A stretch of DNA of 64,000 bases, taken from Acanthaster planci. Taxonomy: Eukaryota. The notes below the pieces were generated by a model. The model saw only the letters and a list, made by a program, of their open reading frames with translations. It was not told the DNA's origin and searched no databases. The DNA is taken from NCBI RefSeq assembly GCF_001949145.1, contig NW_019091361.1, forward strand, positions 4,150,164 through 4,214,163, written 5' to 3'. This document shows, piece by piece, positions 1 through 13,100 of this stretch. How positions within the stretch are numbered: the stretch's first letter is position 1; the number at the start of each line of letters is the position of its first letter. Position numbers and translations under genes: made by a program.

Positions 1-366
1 ACAAAGTGTTGAAAGAGTTTTAAATAGCTTGCATGTAAAATAAATGTCATTTGCCTCTTGCTTTAACTTTTGTCATCTGAAAGCTTCCTAAAACCTACAA
101 AAGCCAACGCTGTGCTGTTAATTGTTGTGTTAGAGCTCAGGCAGTAAAGTCACTGTAAGCAGAGCAGAGGAAAGATTTCCCTTTAACATGCCCTTATCAA
201 ATACTCCAATCAAATCCTTGAAGAAACCCTAGGGAAATCAAGAATGAAGGTTGGTGGCTACTTAGTAAGTTTTGGTACATGCCTGAGATTCCATTCAGTA
301 GAGAGCCATCTTGTCTCATTAAGTTAGTTGGCACTGCATGTATCTTATTGGTTTCCTGTGACACAG

Positions 367-3300
367 GGTTGTTCTAACTGATGAAAACCAGGACATTCCG
401 TACAGCGTGACACTGACTAAAGTGGATGTCAAGTACGGTGTTTATGGCATGAACAACTTCTACGTGATGCAGGTAACGTTTACCAGACTGTTTTACTTGA
501 CTGGCCTCTCTGCCGTAAAATTGCCAAACACAAGTGTAAGCAGAATGTTTGGTTTTTCCCTTTGGCAACTGAAGTTAATGGAGTTAACGGTTGTTTTTTG
601 TACATTGCACCTGTCACGTTTTCTTTTCTAGCATAGATGCCCACATTTGTCTTAAATTGAAACACTGGGCATCTGAGTTGCTGAAATATTTAGGTTACCA
701 CTCCTGGGGGGGGGATTCCTGTCATGAGTGGTGGGCATGGGCATCACTGGGAGGGGGAAGCGCTTGCCCATCCCCGGGGGGGAACAAGAGGAGAAATAAA
801 AAGGGGAAAAAGAAAAGTAAAAGTGAAGGACGCCAATGAGGAGGAGACAAGGGGTACAAAGTAGCCTATTTGCATGGAAGAAATCGTAATAGGCCCCTTT
901 CTACCATTAAAGGTTTTTCACTTTGCTGCTGAGGAGTGCTTAGCACCCCTCCCCTGCTCCCTGGCCCAAATCCTGGTGACGCCCACGGCTGTGGATTTTA
1001 CTGAAACCGTTACGAAGAAGTAGTACCAAGTGTGTCCATTTTGTTTCATCCGTTGTGATTTTGAGAATTGAGAATGCGTCACGCTCTCTTCCCCATCCCG
1101 TCACCCCCCCCAGATCATTCACCAGACGGGCAAGGATATGATGCTGCTGTTCACACGATGGGGTCGCATCGGCGATGAGGGACAATTCCAGAAGACCCCT
1201 TTCAACTCCAAGGAGGAGGTGATCAAGGAATTCCAGAAGATCTTCAAGGCCAAGACTGGCAATGACTGGTCCAGCGTCAGAGAGTAAGATGCTACGTGGA
1301 AGTGTTCGGCTTCATGGATGTACCTGAAGTTTCCTCTGCAAATTATTTTTGTTTCTTACCTTTTAGCATTTCTTCTAGACCAGTCTCGTGACTGGTCTTG
1401 TATCTGGTCTTGTGTTTGGTCTTGAGAATAATTTTGTGATGGGCCTAGTGTTTGGTCTTGTGTCTGGTCTTTTAGCTTGTCTTTTGTCTGGTCTTGTGTC
1501 TGATCTTGTGTCTGGTCTTGTGACTTGTCTTGTGTCTGGTCTGGGAGTTGTCTTTTAATGATCTTAACTGCAACATTACTCCCTGTGTCTATGACCAGTT
1601 TCCACAAGGAGCCCAAGAAATACCAACTGGTGAGAGAAGACCACTGGAGAGCCAAACGGAGGAAGGCCATCAAGGCGTTCACGTTCAACCTTGAGTCCTC
1701 GGTGCCTTCCAAGCTGCCATCAGCAGTGCAGGCAGCCATCAAAGAACTGGTAAAGAACTCCGGGGAAGAGAACCCCTGCAGAAAGTGTTTCTGATCAGAA
1801 TGAGCTATTTTGGTATTTCAAAGAGGCAAAGACATCTGAGAACGTAACACCAGTTCGAACATGTTCAGTGCATGTTGATTGCTGTATATCGGCCGCGCTG
1901 ATATAGCTGACCATGCACGTATGTGTGGTTTGATACTCCTGAATTGACCTACAATGCCATTTTCCAACTTTTTCAAAATTCCAAACTTGCTTATTGACAA
2001 AGAGTGTGAGAAGTAAAAGGTAAAGTGAGTTGTGGGAGTGCAGTATTTACTTTTGCCAAATTTTGGGGGCATAGGATTATTTGCTTTGGGTAGCACTTCA
2101 TGGAACAAGGCAAGATGTCACAATGTTTAATAGCCCTCCACACTAGGTTTCTTTTTTTTTTAAGAGTTTTTCTTCTTGGACTGAGGTTAGAGAGTTACAC
2201 GATCTGTTTGGCTGAATAAACAAAAATAATGTACTTTTTGTTCGTAGGCTGCATTCTGTCCCAAACTTGTTGAACCTTATCAAAGGGTACTAAGTGTTAA
2301 AAGTAACATTTCCAATCCACACTGACGGACCTAAGGTAGAACATGATACGTGTTGTCACCGTGGGCTTTAGAGAAAGAGCAGCACTTTGTTTGGCCAGTG
2401 CCTCTGTTTGCCATAAAGTGCAGTGAGTACAATCAATATATGTGATCTCGGCTTTGCTTACTCACAGGCCTGCTGAGGATACAATGTTCTAGAACCCTGT
2501 GTGATTGGTAATTTGGGGCAAGGTCTTATTGCTGTAGCCAGATGATGTCCAGTCATACCTCGTGCACTTGGTTGGTCAATAAACAGCCTTCTGTCATAAG
2601 TATTCCTGCAATCTGTTTTCATGTGGGTGATAATCTTGTCTTTGATGACAGGTCAAGCCTGAGTTGTTAACCAAAGCCTTGTCCGAGTCCGGAGTGGACA
2701 CAGATCTGATCTCCCTTGGTAACTTCATCTCCAGGGATACCCTTCTCAAAGCAAAAGATATCTTAAATGAAATCAAGTAAGTGTCCCCCCCCACTCAACC
2801 CAGGGCATGTTTTAATGCCCATCATCCCACCCTGCGTCTGCTTGTGGCTGCTTGTATGTTCCTTTGGAAATGCTGCATGGCTTGAGAGGAAGCAGTGGGA
2901 ATTACTGGTCCTGAGGTGGAAGTCAGTTTAACTACCTCCAGATGCGAAGTGCAGGGAGGACCTGCCATGCTGTATTTGTTTCACTCATAAAATCATTCAT
3001 AACATAAAAAAGTCAAGGTCAACATACAATATGTTCCTGAGCTGCAGAGTTCTGCCTTTCTGGCAAGGACTATAGCAGACTGGTTCCGTTAGGATTACAT
3101 GTCACAGATTACATGCCTATGAGGCAGGTGCCAGAGGGAAGTTTTAGTGCTACCAGAAAAAAAACTACCACACGGCAGTGAGCTAGACACTCGCCAATAC
3201 TCGGTGCTACTTCCCAGAAAAATCAGCCAATGACACGCTACAATTTGCTCACGAATATTCATGAGGTGTTGTAATCTAGATTCTGGCCGTTATTTATTTG

Positions 3301-6300
3301 TTCGTGTATATGCGTAATATGTGCAGCCTAACTCAAGGCAGTGAAAAAACTAATATTCAGAACAATGACTACCGAGGATTAATGTTGAACATGGATAAGC
3401 ATTCCACTGTGTGTAGCATGTCATGTACAGGCCTACGTAACGATGCTCAGGAGTGCTTTTGTAAGTGTGCATGTGATACGTACACCGCACTACGCGTCAG
3501 GGGAAGTCAAGCTCATAGACTGGATTGGGTTTGGGACCGGAATTCTGTGTGTGTAAAAGTCCTCTGTCTGTGGACATGCGTGCATGCTGGGAAGGCAACA
3601 CAAGCACAGTCCAGGCAGTAGGCTTAAGTCTATGGCAACGCGCGAATGAGTTTTCAGGCATGCTGATGTTATGGTCTGGAACAGCGTTTGGTCCAATCCC
3701 AAACGATCTGAATTTATTTTCCCCCATTTACAGTGATTTGTTAGAGGAATATGAACAGTGTGGAGGCTATCGAGCTCCACCAACCGGTGACATGGAGAAG
3801 TACCAGGCTGCCATGGAAAAGGTAATTCTTTTTTCCAGGCATTGTTGAACCAGTAACGAGCTTATCAGGGCCGTAAGTAATCCTGGAGGACTTTAAAACG
3901 GATCGGGAAATTATTCCTTGGATGCCATCCCTGAGATGTTTTGCCCCTGGACATTCTTGGAGACTTTCCCTTCATTTTCTGCTTGGCTACTGCATGCAGA
4001 TCCCTGGGGCTGTGATAAGTTCTTCAAGGTTTGGGTCCCACTCTTCATCTGTAGTGATCTTTCAGGACGGAAGCAGATTCTGAATAGTGTTCAACCAGTC
4101 GTGGACAGTGTTATTTTGAAACTTTCGAAAGCCAGATGTAAATTTTGATACTAGGGAACAAAAGCTGTTGCCTCACCATGGGCCTAGATGTTGCCATTAC
4201 TTTAATGTGCAATTTTATAGTAGATGTTAATATAGCTATATACATGTAATGTCAATGTGATTATGTTATGATGTATCAGTCTTGATGACCTATGGCAGCA
4301 TTGAAATAAATGTATATAAAAAATGATTTATATAAAAGAAATACACGGCTAAATGCAACAATGACTGACTCGTTAGACATATTTGAACCACATTTGGACA
4401 AGTGTTCCTAGCCCGACCTTTACAACATTCCAGGGTGCTGCTGCAGAGCAGTATTTGCTGACACAGCAGGCTGTGGGTAGAGGCCGAATTCAAGATCAAC
4501 CGACGGTCTACCTCCTAGGACTTCTCAGTTATTGTGTGTGTGCAAGCCAAATGTGGGGGGTTTGGGGAGCAGTGAGTATATACATCCGCTGGTCATGACT
4601 CAGGGCATGTGTGGTAGTTTAACTCGCCGGCCATCTTGAATGTGGACTGCTACTATCGTGTTTAAACCCTCCCGCGCAAACTGGTTAGACACGACTTTTT
4701 TTAACTCCAAGAGTTCAGGTATGCCTTGATCAGTTGTCAAGAATGGCCGTTGTACTCTTCTGTCTGATCCTCTCACTGAATCTAGGCTGCCGACTTGAGC
4801 AACAGCTTTTTTGAGCTGATCCCCAGTCAGGACTTTGCCTACGACAAGATCTCTCCCCTGACGTACCTACATGAGCTGAACACTCACATGAAACGTCTGG
4901 ACATTCTCCTGGATCTGTCCACCACCAACATGATCCTGCTGGGGGCACAGTATAGGGCCAAAGGTCAGTTTGAGTGTACAAACAGTCTCATGGAACAGTC
5001 TGAAAATAAAAGAAAAATCCTGCCCAATCTGTAAGTGAACCCATTCATCACAGGACGCCTCAACTACAGAGGAAGCAATTTAAACATGATATTGTTGGAA
5101 ATGACATTTTACAGGAAAATACATAGATTTGCCCTGGTTGTGCCTAGGCTCAAACTCCATTTTGTGGGAAGATTTCTCATGTTGGGAAACATTTCAAGCG
5201 AGATGTGGGGAGTTTTGCATGCTCTCACATTTTTTTCTCACGAATTTATTATGCATTATCCGTGTCCCTTTTACAACTATGACCCAAGTACGTGTGCTAA
5301 CGTTGGTGCACAGACTGTAGCCATCCATGTTGACTGTTCAAGGACAGGCTAAAGGCTCAAGAAAGATGACTTTTTCCCCCCCAAAAGATGGATTTTTGTT
5401 GTAACCCTGTAACGCCGGTAGATGGCGACAGCCACGGATCTGTGTGAGGATTAGTGCATACCATACATACATTCTATTCATCATGCACCTGCGGTTTCAA
5501 TGTAGGCCGGCTCCTGGACAGAGCTTTGCATACTGGGCATACCACCACCCAGCAGTCACGGTCAAAAGAGTCCCGGTGTTAAGAGGTTAAAGGTTCAAAA
5601 AGTTAATCCTTTGGTAACATTTCAACCTTTGTTCATTTACAAGTTACATCACCGTGATCAGCAGGGTTCCTGTAATAAATTTCTGTTTCTTGATTCTTTT
5701 TGGAGTAGAAATCAACCCCCTGGACTACATCTACCAGTCTCTTGGCTGCCAGTTTCGTCTCATGAAGGAGGACGATCTTGAAACCCAGCTTATTCTCCAG
5801 TACATCCACAACACGAGTAAGTGGGACTGGTCAGGAAACTTTGGCTTCCCTGTCTCTGAGCGTCGGGATCATCAGAAGCCCTCAGTACCGAAAGCACAAC
5901 ATCGGCCGGTTTGTTTCACACTGACCCGGATCGCGATCGTTGATCCCAAAGGTGGTTCACATTATCCATTAGGCGGGTTCTGGTGTCAGAGAACCAGTCT
6001 CGGAACACTGATTGTGATTTGGATCTGTGTAAAACGAATGGGGCCTGTCTTCAGCCTTGGACACTGTGGACGAAGACGGCATTCGGTCAGTTTTCTGGCC
6101 CTTAATGTAATGACTGCACTGGTGACACATCAGTTGGCAATATCTTGTGGCTAGTGGGAAACGAAGGCCCAGTATCATGGCTTTTATTGCTATAGAATTC
6201 TGCTCTTAAGACAAATATTCTCTTCTCATAATTGAAGCAAATTCTGTGCCAAGTGAGTGAGCAGAAGCCTTAGTTACCGGATATACGCCTACGTGCAACC

Positions 6301-9300
6301 CAAATTCCCCCCCGCTTATCTGTGAAACATGCCGACCATAACAGCAGAATTTTCTGCTAAGGTTTGCTAAGTTGGTTGTCCACTGCACAAGTGAGCAGTG
6401 CTGTGACATCAGGCCATAGCAAATTATCCCCCCCAAAAATTGCAAACTCGGCTCATTCATGATGCTTTGTGGTAGTGCCGCAGGGTGGATGGTAAACTGG
6501 CCGGGCTTATGGCCTCTTCAAGGGCTCTGAGGGTTTCACAAACTGCTTGAATCAACCATTTGTTTCCCAGATGGCCGTAGGGAACAATATAATCCCCAGG
6601 CAGCTTAAAATAGATGGTCTTCAGGAAGTGTTACGGTCCGAATGAGCTGGAATGACAGTGCTAAGGAATCTGTAACACCAACGTCGGTGTATGGGTGGAC
6701 TTGATAAATACTTTATCTTACTGTGAATTTAATTGTCATGTTATGTTGCGGTCAATTTATACAGGTGAGCGTTAGCAGAAGTCGATGCTGTAAAAAAAAG
6801 TCTTCCACAGTGGTTTCCTATGAGACTGTTAACACACAGCAAATAACAGTGAGATAAATCACTACGTTTTGAAACAGATTGTTTCCGATTTATTGCACTA
6901 AGACAGCACGTCTCAGTCGTGGTAGGAATGACATCACAGACTATCTAGAATGGTAAACGGGTCCATTTCCTGCATTTAGTCTGAGACACTGCAGAAGATT
7001 CTTAAATTCTCTATTTCTAGACCCTCGCAATTAGTCTGAAAATCTCCACAGACTTGACAAGTTTTATCTGACACCCGGCCACCAGGTAACTCTGCGGCGA
7101 ATGTGGAGGCCATCTTCCGTCTGGCCCGAGAGGGGGAAGATGAGCGGCTCAACACCTGCGGCGTGGGCAATCGCAAGATGCTGTGGCACGGCAGCACCCG
7201 CTCCAACGTGATCAGCATCCTGAAGAAGGGTCTGCTCATTAGCCCACCGGAGGCAAATTTCCGCGGCAGCACGTACGGCAGGGTAGGTCTAACCCAGAGA
7301 GTTACTCGGGCCAAAGACGAAAAGGCTATTCCATTTCAAACTGGAAAGTCTTAAGCCAGTTGATGCCCCGTTTTATTTCAAGGCGGACTTGTTCCAGGTG
7401 CTGAAGTATTCTCGGTCCAAAATTCTGAGGTTTTGTAATGACGAGATACCAAAGCCTGAGTCCGCCACTAAGTTGGACTTGATGAGAGTATGCATCAACC
7501 AGTAATGCATACAAAAACCTCCTTGGCTTGTTCACAAGTCTTCCGTGTGCTGTACATCAGAATATCATTGCATTTCCACGTGTCCTCCGGCATGGCATCC
7601 GTAGAAGACGGAAGTTAAGCGCAGAAATTGTAATGATGTTGAAAACTGATGAGATGTATGTTTCACTGCTGCAGGGCATCTACTCATCCGACGCTTTTGC
7701 CAAGAGCCTCCTGTACTGTGAGGAGTATTTTGAGAAGTCGGATACGAAGTTCTTGTTCTTATGTGAGGTGAGTTTGAGCTTTAGAGAAGATGCTAGCTCT
7801 TCCATCACGGGGGATTTGGTCCCACCAAACCCTTCCCCTACCTCCGCCCACCCATCCACTCACACTCCTATCCCCGCAACCACCACTGTGAGCCATTGAA
7901 GCGTAAGTGACTCACCCAAGGGTTGTGACACGTGGCCAGTTGTTAATAAAGCCTACTTGTCCCCCTGGTCACTGGTCAGGAACCTGAGCCTAACCAAGAT
8001 GTTGCTTCCCAATCTCAAGCCTGTTTGAATGAATACATAATGAGCTAGCTGTCTCGTCTGTGTCAAACCACGCTGTCCCGGTACCCCATCTTGGCAGCAT
8101 GTCTCACTAAGGATGACTGCCGTTTTTTTTTCTTTTTTGTTTTCAATTTCTCCTTGATTCAACAAGGTTGCCCTTGGCAAGATGGCCACCAACCCGGAGG
8201 AGCCAGAGAAGTTAGTTAAGCAGGGCTTTGATAGTTGCATGGGACGGGGCTACCACAAGTACAAGACCAACAGAGACCTTCTCATGCCTTCAGGTGAGAG
8301 TTAGACCAAAGACTGCCAGTGCAACTTCCGAGTTGCACAGGATTGCCATCGAGTCCATGGTCTCTTCTAAGGACAGTCATTCAAAAATGTTCTGGCAGTT
8401 TGCCAGTTGGAGAACTCACATTGGGTGAAGTTTAATTATTTTGTAATATCAGGGGTGTGTCTCGTGATGTCTTTTACAGTTGCTTGTTGATTAAGTCACA
8501 AGCAATTAGTCTGAACTTGTTTAAGATGGCCTGCCAGGATACAGAACCAGAAATGATTGTGTCATCCATGAGAGACCACGTACAAGCCAGCAGATGACAT
8601 TGCTGATAAACATCATATTTGGTTGTTTTTTTGCAAGCTTACTACAACTCCTGCTGTCCCTTTCCGCATCCAAGAGGAAATTACCCATTTTCAATCACTG
8701 CATGTATTGAAGTAAATTGAGGGAAACGTAATTCACATACTCTGAAGATGACACCAAAATACGTCTGCTTATCTTCGGCCATTTGGAACTCTTGCTGAAC
8801 AAACTCCGATCTTTGATTCGTAGTTGGGACTGTGATATCGCACGGGCATAACCAAAGTCATGAAAAATGCCCCAACCAATGACCAAAGCAGAAACATGTT
8901 TCTGATCCCAATCACAAAATTGCACTCCAGTCCCAACATTTCTTGTAAGCAGCATAATCAGCAGAAATGCGACAATCATGCTTTGATTTTAAGAAGCATC
9001 ATTCATCTGAAAAGATGGCCAATACACGTGTGGCTGTTTCTGGCATTCTACCTTCACTGTGACCCCCTCCCCTTGCCCTCTGCCCTCCTCCCATCCACCT
9101 GGATTTATCTCAGAGCCTTTACATTGAGAGAGTAGCGCTAGCTTCATATTTTAAAAACAAAATGGCTGTTTGTTACATGTAGAGTCGAGCGTGCAGTTGA
9201 ATGCCAACTGTCGGTGTGCTCTGGTACAAATACATTGTACCTGCCAGTTTGTTTTAACAGTGGGGACATTTACATGTATGTCACAACCCTCTCGCTCTGT

Positions 9301-10156
9301 GCAGGGCTCTGGTTTATCTGATCTGAGTCAATCATAACTTTATGTTGTTTGAGTTCCGATAACAGAACAAAATGTGTTCAACCCAGCTTGATGTTTAGAT
9401 ACACAATATGGGTTCTATCGGAATTGGCCAACCTTAACTATCTCCTCAGGCAATCACAGCTGGGTGAGACCGGAGACTGTTTGTCATCCACTGGTCAATT
9501 GGCCAGGTACCCAGTGTCACAGTGTGGTCACTTTACAGACACTGCAACTGAAGGACTGGATGCAGGCCAGAAAAATGATTGTAATAATACATGCCTAAGT
9601 TTAGTTCAAATAAATTGGGCTCAGGAGCTGACACTGAAATAGAAAATATCTGACATTAATTGACCTGATAGAAAAATAGGAATAAAATATGGAATTAATT
9701 AATGGAGAATTCTGACACCCAGGATATATTTTGTGCACCGGCCACAGGGGAACATGCAATCAGTGGGTAAGCATTCAGCTCCCCGTCCAAGTGGTCTTGG
9801 AAATGACCATCCCAACTTAATCTGCCTTGTGTACTTGTCCATTAGGGGCCATGATGCCATTTGGCAGGTTTGTGTACAACACCTGGTCCCCCTACACCTA
9901 CTTTGATTACAACGAGTACGTGGTGTTCAAGACCGAGCAGTTGGCCCTGCGCTATCTGGTCCAGTGCAGAGGAGACCGCAAGCAAGAGCAGAAGGCGGCA
10001 ACAGAGGACCTGGACGACTACTCGATGCAGGAGTTCAAAGAGGGGCAAGGGGCCGAGACTGGGGACACGGACATGCCAGACGATGATGATGGTGGCAGTT
10101 ACGATGGCAGTGACAATGACGAATATGATGACGATGACGATGATGGGGATGAATAA
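367..10156 (+). CDS. Poly(ADP-ribose) polymerase with WGR, regulatory (helical) and catalytic domains; 3' part only, 5' end lies upstream of the window; probably the invertebrate PME-5/'tankyrase-like' type
   Basis: Phase-consistent GT-AG exons 367-472, 1114-1283, 1599-1749, 2652-2776, 3734-3821, 4786-4963, 5709-5816, 7086-7282, 7675-7767, 8167-8293, 9846-10156 (TAA), about 550 aa in the window. WGR motif LFTRWGRIGDEGQFQKTPF...FKAKTGNDW; regulatory LSNSFFELIP, INPLDYIYQSL; catalytic LWHGS, YGRGIYSSD, FLCEVALGK, YNEYVVF...LRYLV. Confidence 0.93.
1378..1545. repeat. Degenerate 12-bp tandem repeat (TCTGGTCTTGTG)n in a PARP intron
   Basis: Repeated tctggtcttgtg/tttggtcttgtg units; they produce the spurious QDQT ORF on the minus strand. 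Confidence 0.85.
3013..3275 (+). repeat. Interspersed repeat, copy 1 (copy 2 at about 56064-56330)
   Basis: tcaaggtcaacatacaat..cctgagctgcagagttctgcctttctggcaaggact..gcagactggttccgttaggattacatgtcacagatta is nearly identical to the sequence from 56064; both copies share a gccaatga..gctacaatttgctca.gaatatt tail. Confidence 0.85.
5405..5586. mobile_element. Short piggyBac-like MITE (degenerate)
   Basis: Imperfect TIR CCCTGTAACGCCGG ... CCGGTGTTAAGAGG, flanked by gtaa on the left and TTAA on the right. Confidence 0.45.
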
Positions 10157-13100
10157 GCAGAGCAACTGCGATCCAAGCAGATTGTCCCACAATGCACCTC
10201 CCCACGGCCGTTATTTTCTCACTCGAGGAGCCTGTCAACAAAAATCTTTTTCGACTAATGGCTTGCGTGGCCTTGTTTTTTTTTTACTATTTTGAACACA
10301 AAAGCCTCCACCACATCACCAGTTATTAGACAGGTAAGGTCAGGTTGTCCGTGTACATTCAGAGTGCCTTCAACCAATACATGGTGTCATTGCGAAAGGG
10401 CGCTGTCATTGAAAATCAGAATGCATGCAACATACGCATGAATGCGATTCCTCAGGGAACGTCTCCAAAGATGGAAGGTTCCTGTTTCCAAGGAAACACT
10501 CCTTTAAATAGGGAATACTATGCCCCATTACAACGTGCTCTTTAAGAGTAGAAGTGTACACACTTACAGACCTTTATTCCCAATTGGAAACATGTTCCCA
10601 TTTGGGAACATGCATTGTTGCAAAAACAGACAGCAGGTGTTCTCATTGGGACATATTATTGTAGCATTCCAACTTCCAAAGCACTCCCTAATAGTGGTCT
10701 GTCGGTTGGTCTGTGACCACATATTATTGTTGGCATCAAATCAACTAGATTCCACTGACTGACACAGGTGTTCATATTGAAGAAACAATGCAGTGTGGAC
10801 CGGAGGTTGTGGCGTTTTTAAAGCATTTAAAAACTTTTTAAAGCATTGCGGACACTATAGGAGGGCGCTGTTTGAAGGGGGTAAGTTTGGAGTTAACAAG
10901 ATTTTACTCCAGCCTAGTAGCGCCCTCCTATAAGGTCAGTGGGAACATGCAATTAATGGCATCGTGTACTTGTCAGCTAAAAACCTTCCCCAGTCAAAGT
11001 GAATAAATTGGTAGCATGTTCAAGCATTTCTTTTTTTTTTCAGCAAACTATTTTAGTGAAAGTGTAGGTTCTTCTTGTATTTAAAGCAGCCAGGGGCTGA
11101 TGTATCTACATCAGCAGGGGAAGGGACCTGTCTTTTCCCCAGCGTCTGATTTTCTACGGACGTTGGTCTGTTGGTTGCATTCTGCCTTGTAGAGCTGATA
11201 ACTGGGAACAAATCCAAGCTCATTGCTGCTGTACGCCAGGAAGGTGGCCCCTGTGATGGCCGCACCACTTTGCTGCCCCGGTGGGACAAACCAACTGGCC
11301 CTTGGCAAACATCAGCAAGCGGAGTGCCTCAGACACTCGCTGGAGGCCTTCCTCGGAGTAAAGCTGTCGTGTGCCGGGATTTGTCTGCGATATCTCCCCT
11401 TGATTTGCCCAATGTAGAAAGCTGCTGTTTGGTAATATAAGCAACACATTGAAGCGCAGTGCAGGCAACCACCATCCCACCCACACAATGTCAGGAGTGC
11501 TTTGGATGATCTGCCATCAACTCCGAAGCACCCTTAAGCATCAGGCAGACTAGATTTCCTATCAAGCCTAGTTTCTGTGTAGTCTTAAGGATCACTGGCA
11601 GCTTACACGAAGTCAAGACGCAGAACGTAGTGGAAAAGACTGTGTGTAACATTTGACAGAAAATCAGTACAAAATGGTATTCAAAGTTCCAAACATTTTC
11701 ATCTGAAAAATCTTGTTAGGGTTATACCATTTCACGAAACTAAAGTGGTACTTTGATGTTTTTCATTTCTGGTCGGCTATTTTGTTGACATTGGGGGTTT
11801 CATTTCTTAGTTAATACTCGATATGCCAGGAAGACTGTTGTCGGAGGGTTGTCATGCCAGCGTCTGTGTTTGTATAGGCCTGCTCTGATAACTCCAAGCA
11901 GGTCGTCAGCAAAGTTGAAGGTGATGCAACCCTGCCGAATCTCTGTGTCTGTGGTGCATCGGTCGCGATAAAACATTTCCATATGACTGTGTACCATCGC
12001 AGACTGTTCCATGTCTGTCTGCATCTCTTTACGTTGATAGGGAAACTAGACTTAACCGAGGATGGTGTTCTGCCAGTAACTGTCACGCAGATGGCTTCAC
12101 TCACAAATAGTTCTGAATCGCATCGTGGGAGAAGGTATACTCGGTCAATGTGTGTCTGTGTACACAAAAACAAAGGTTTTTAACAGCTGGGCCATTGCCA
12201 TGGCCATTTTCCTGTACTCAACTTCGTCTCTGTCTCAGGTTTCGTTCCGAAAACCACTCCCCAGTTGTGGGCCTGAAGCGTTTGAATTACATAAGATTAC
12301 TGTAATTTTTGGCTTTCTTGCATCTTATTTGATGTTCTGTGGCACTATTAGACTGATTACTGCGCTTTACAGCTTCAAAGTCAGCTAGTGAAAAAAAGTT
12401 GTAGCCTGAGACGGAGCGGAAGTTGAGTATTGGAGAACGGCCCATGTTTGAAAGTAAGATGGCACTCAGCGTTGTTGAAAGGTTGAGCTTTTTGCCTGAA
12501 GAGTAGTATTTGCAAAATTTATCGGAGCTTAACAGTTTCTTTTTTATTCAACTCTTGTCATTTTTAACTCCAAAACTAAATCTTGCCATGTAGTTGACTG
12601 TCCAGCAATCCAGATTGGATCTGTGTGTTTGGGACGAGTGTAGCAAAAAATGGCCGACGAACTCAAAATGTACATACCATTTTAACATTTAATAGGTTTT
12701 TACATAATCCTGTATATTTGTGTGGGTTGATTCATTGGTGTACCATTAGTTGAAGGTGGGTTTCTGCGATTGTATCAACATTCAAATTTTTTAAATTGAA
12801 TGTTTAAAAAATAATGCTCGCACATTTGTAGTATCATTTAGTACGATTTTTAAAAACAGTTGTTTTGTAGTTTTTCTTTCAGTTCAAAAGCTTGATGTGC
12901 ATTAATTTTGTGCTAATTTTCCTCTGTACAGTACCAGATGTATCTTTTGTAATTATACGTGTGTTTGTGGTTACCCAGAAAAATCAACCGGAGTCACTCA
13001 TTACCAACATTTTACATTAGCATGTTTCAAAAGGAAGAAGTGCGTGCAGGGAGATTTTTATGTTCGAGCAAAATACCTCGTACACGAGCACACGTCATAG

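Noticed and set aside
1356..1742. 128-aa minus-strand ORF with QDQT repeats
   Set aside because: Artefact of the intronic 12-bp repeat plus the antisense of a PARP exon.
9842..10295. Overlapping hydrophobic, His-rich and Thr/Met-rich ORFs
   Set aside because: Alternative frames and antisense of the GAT/GAC-rich PARP acidic tail.
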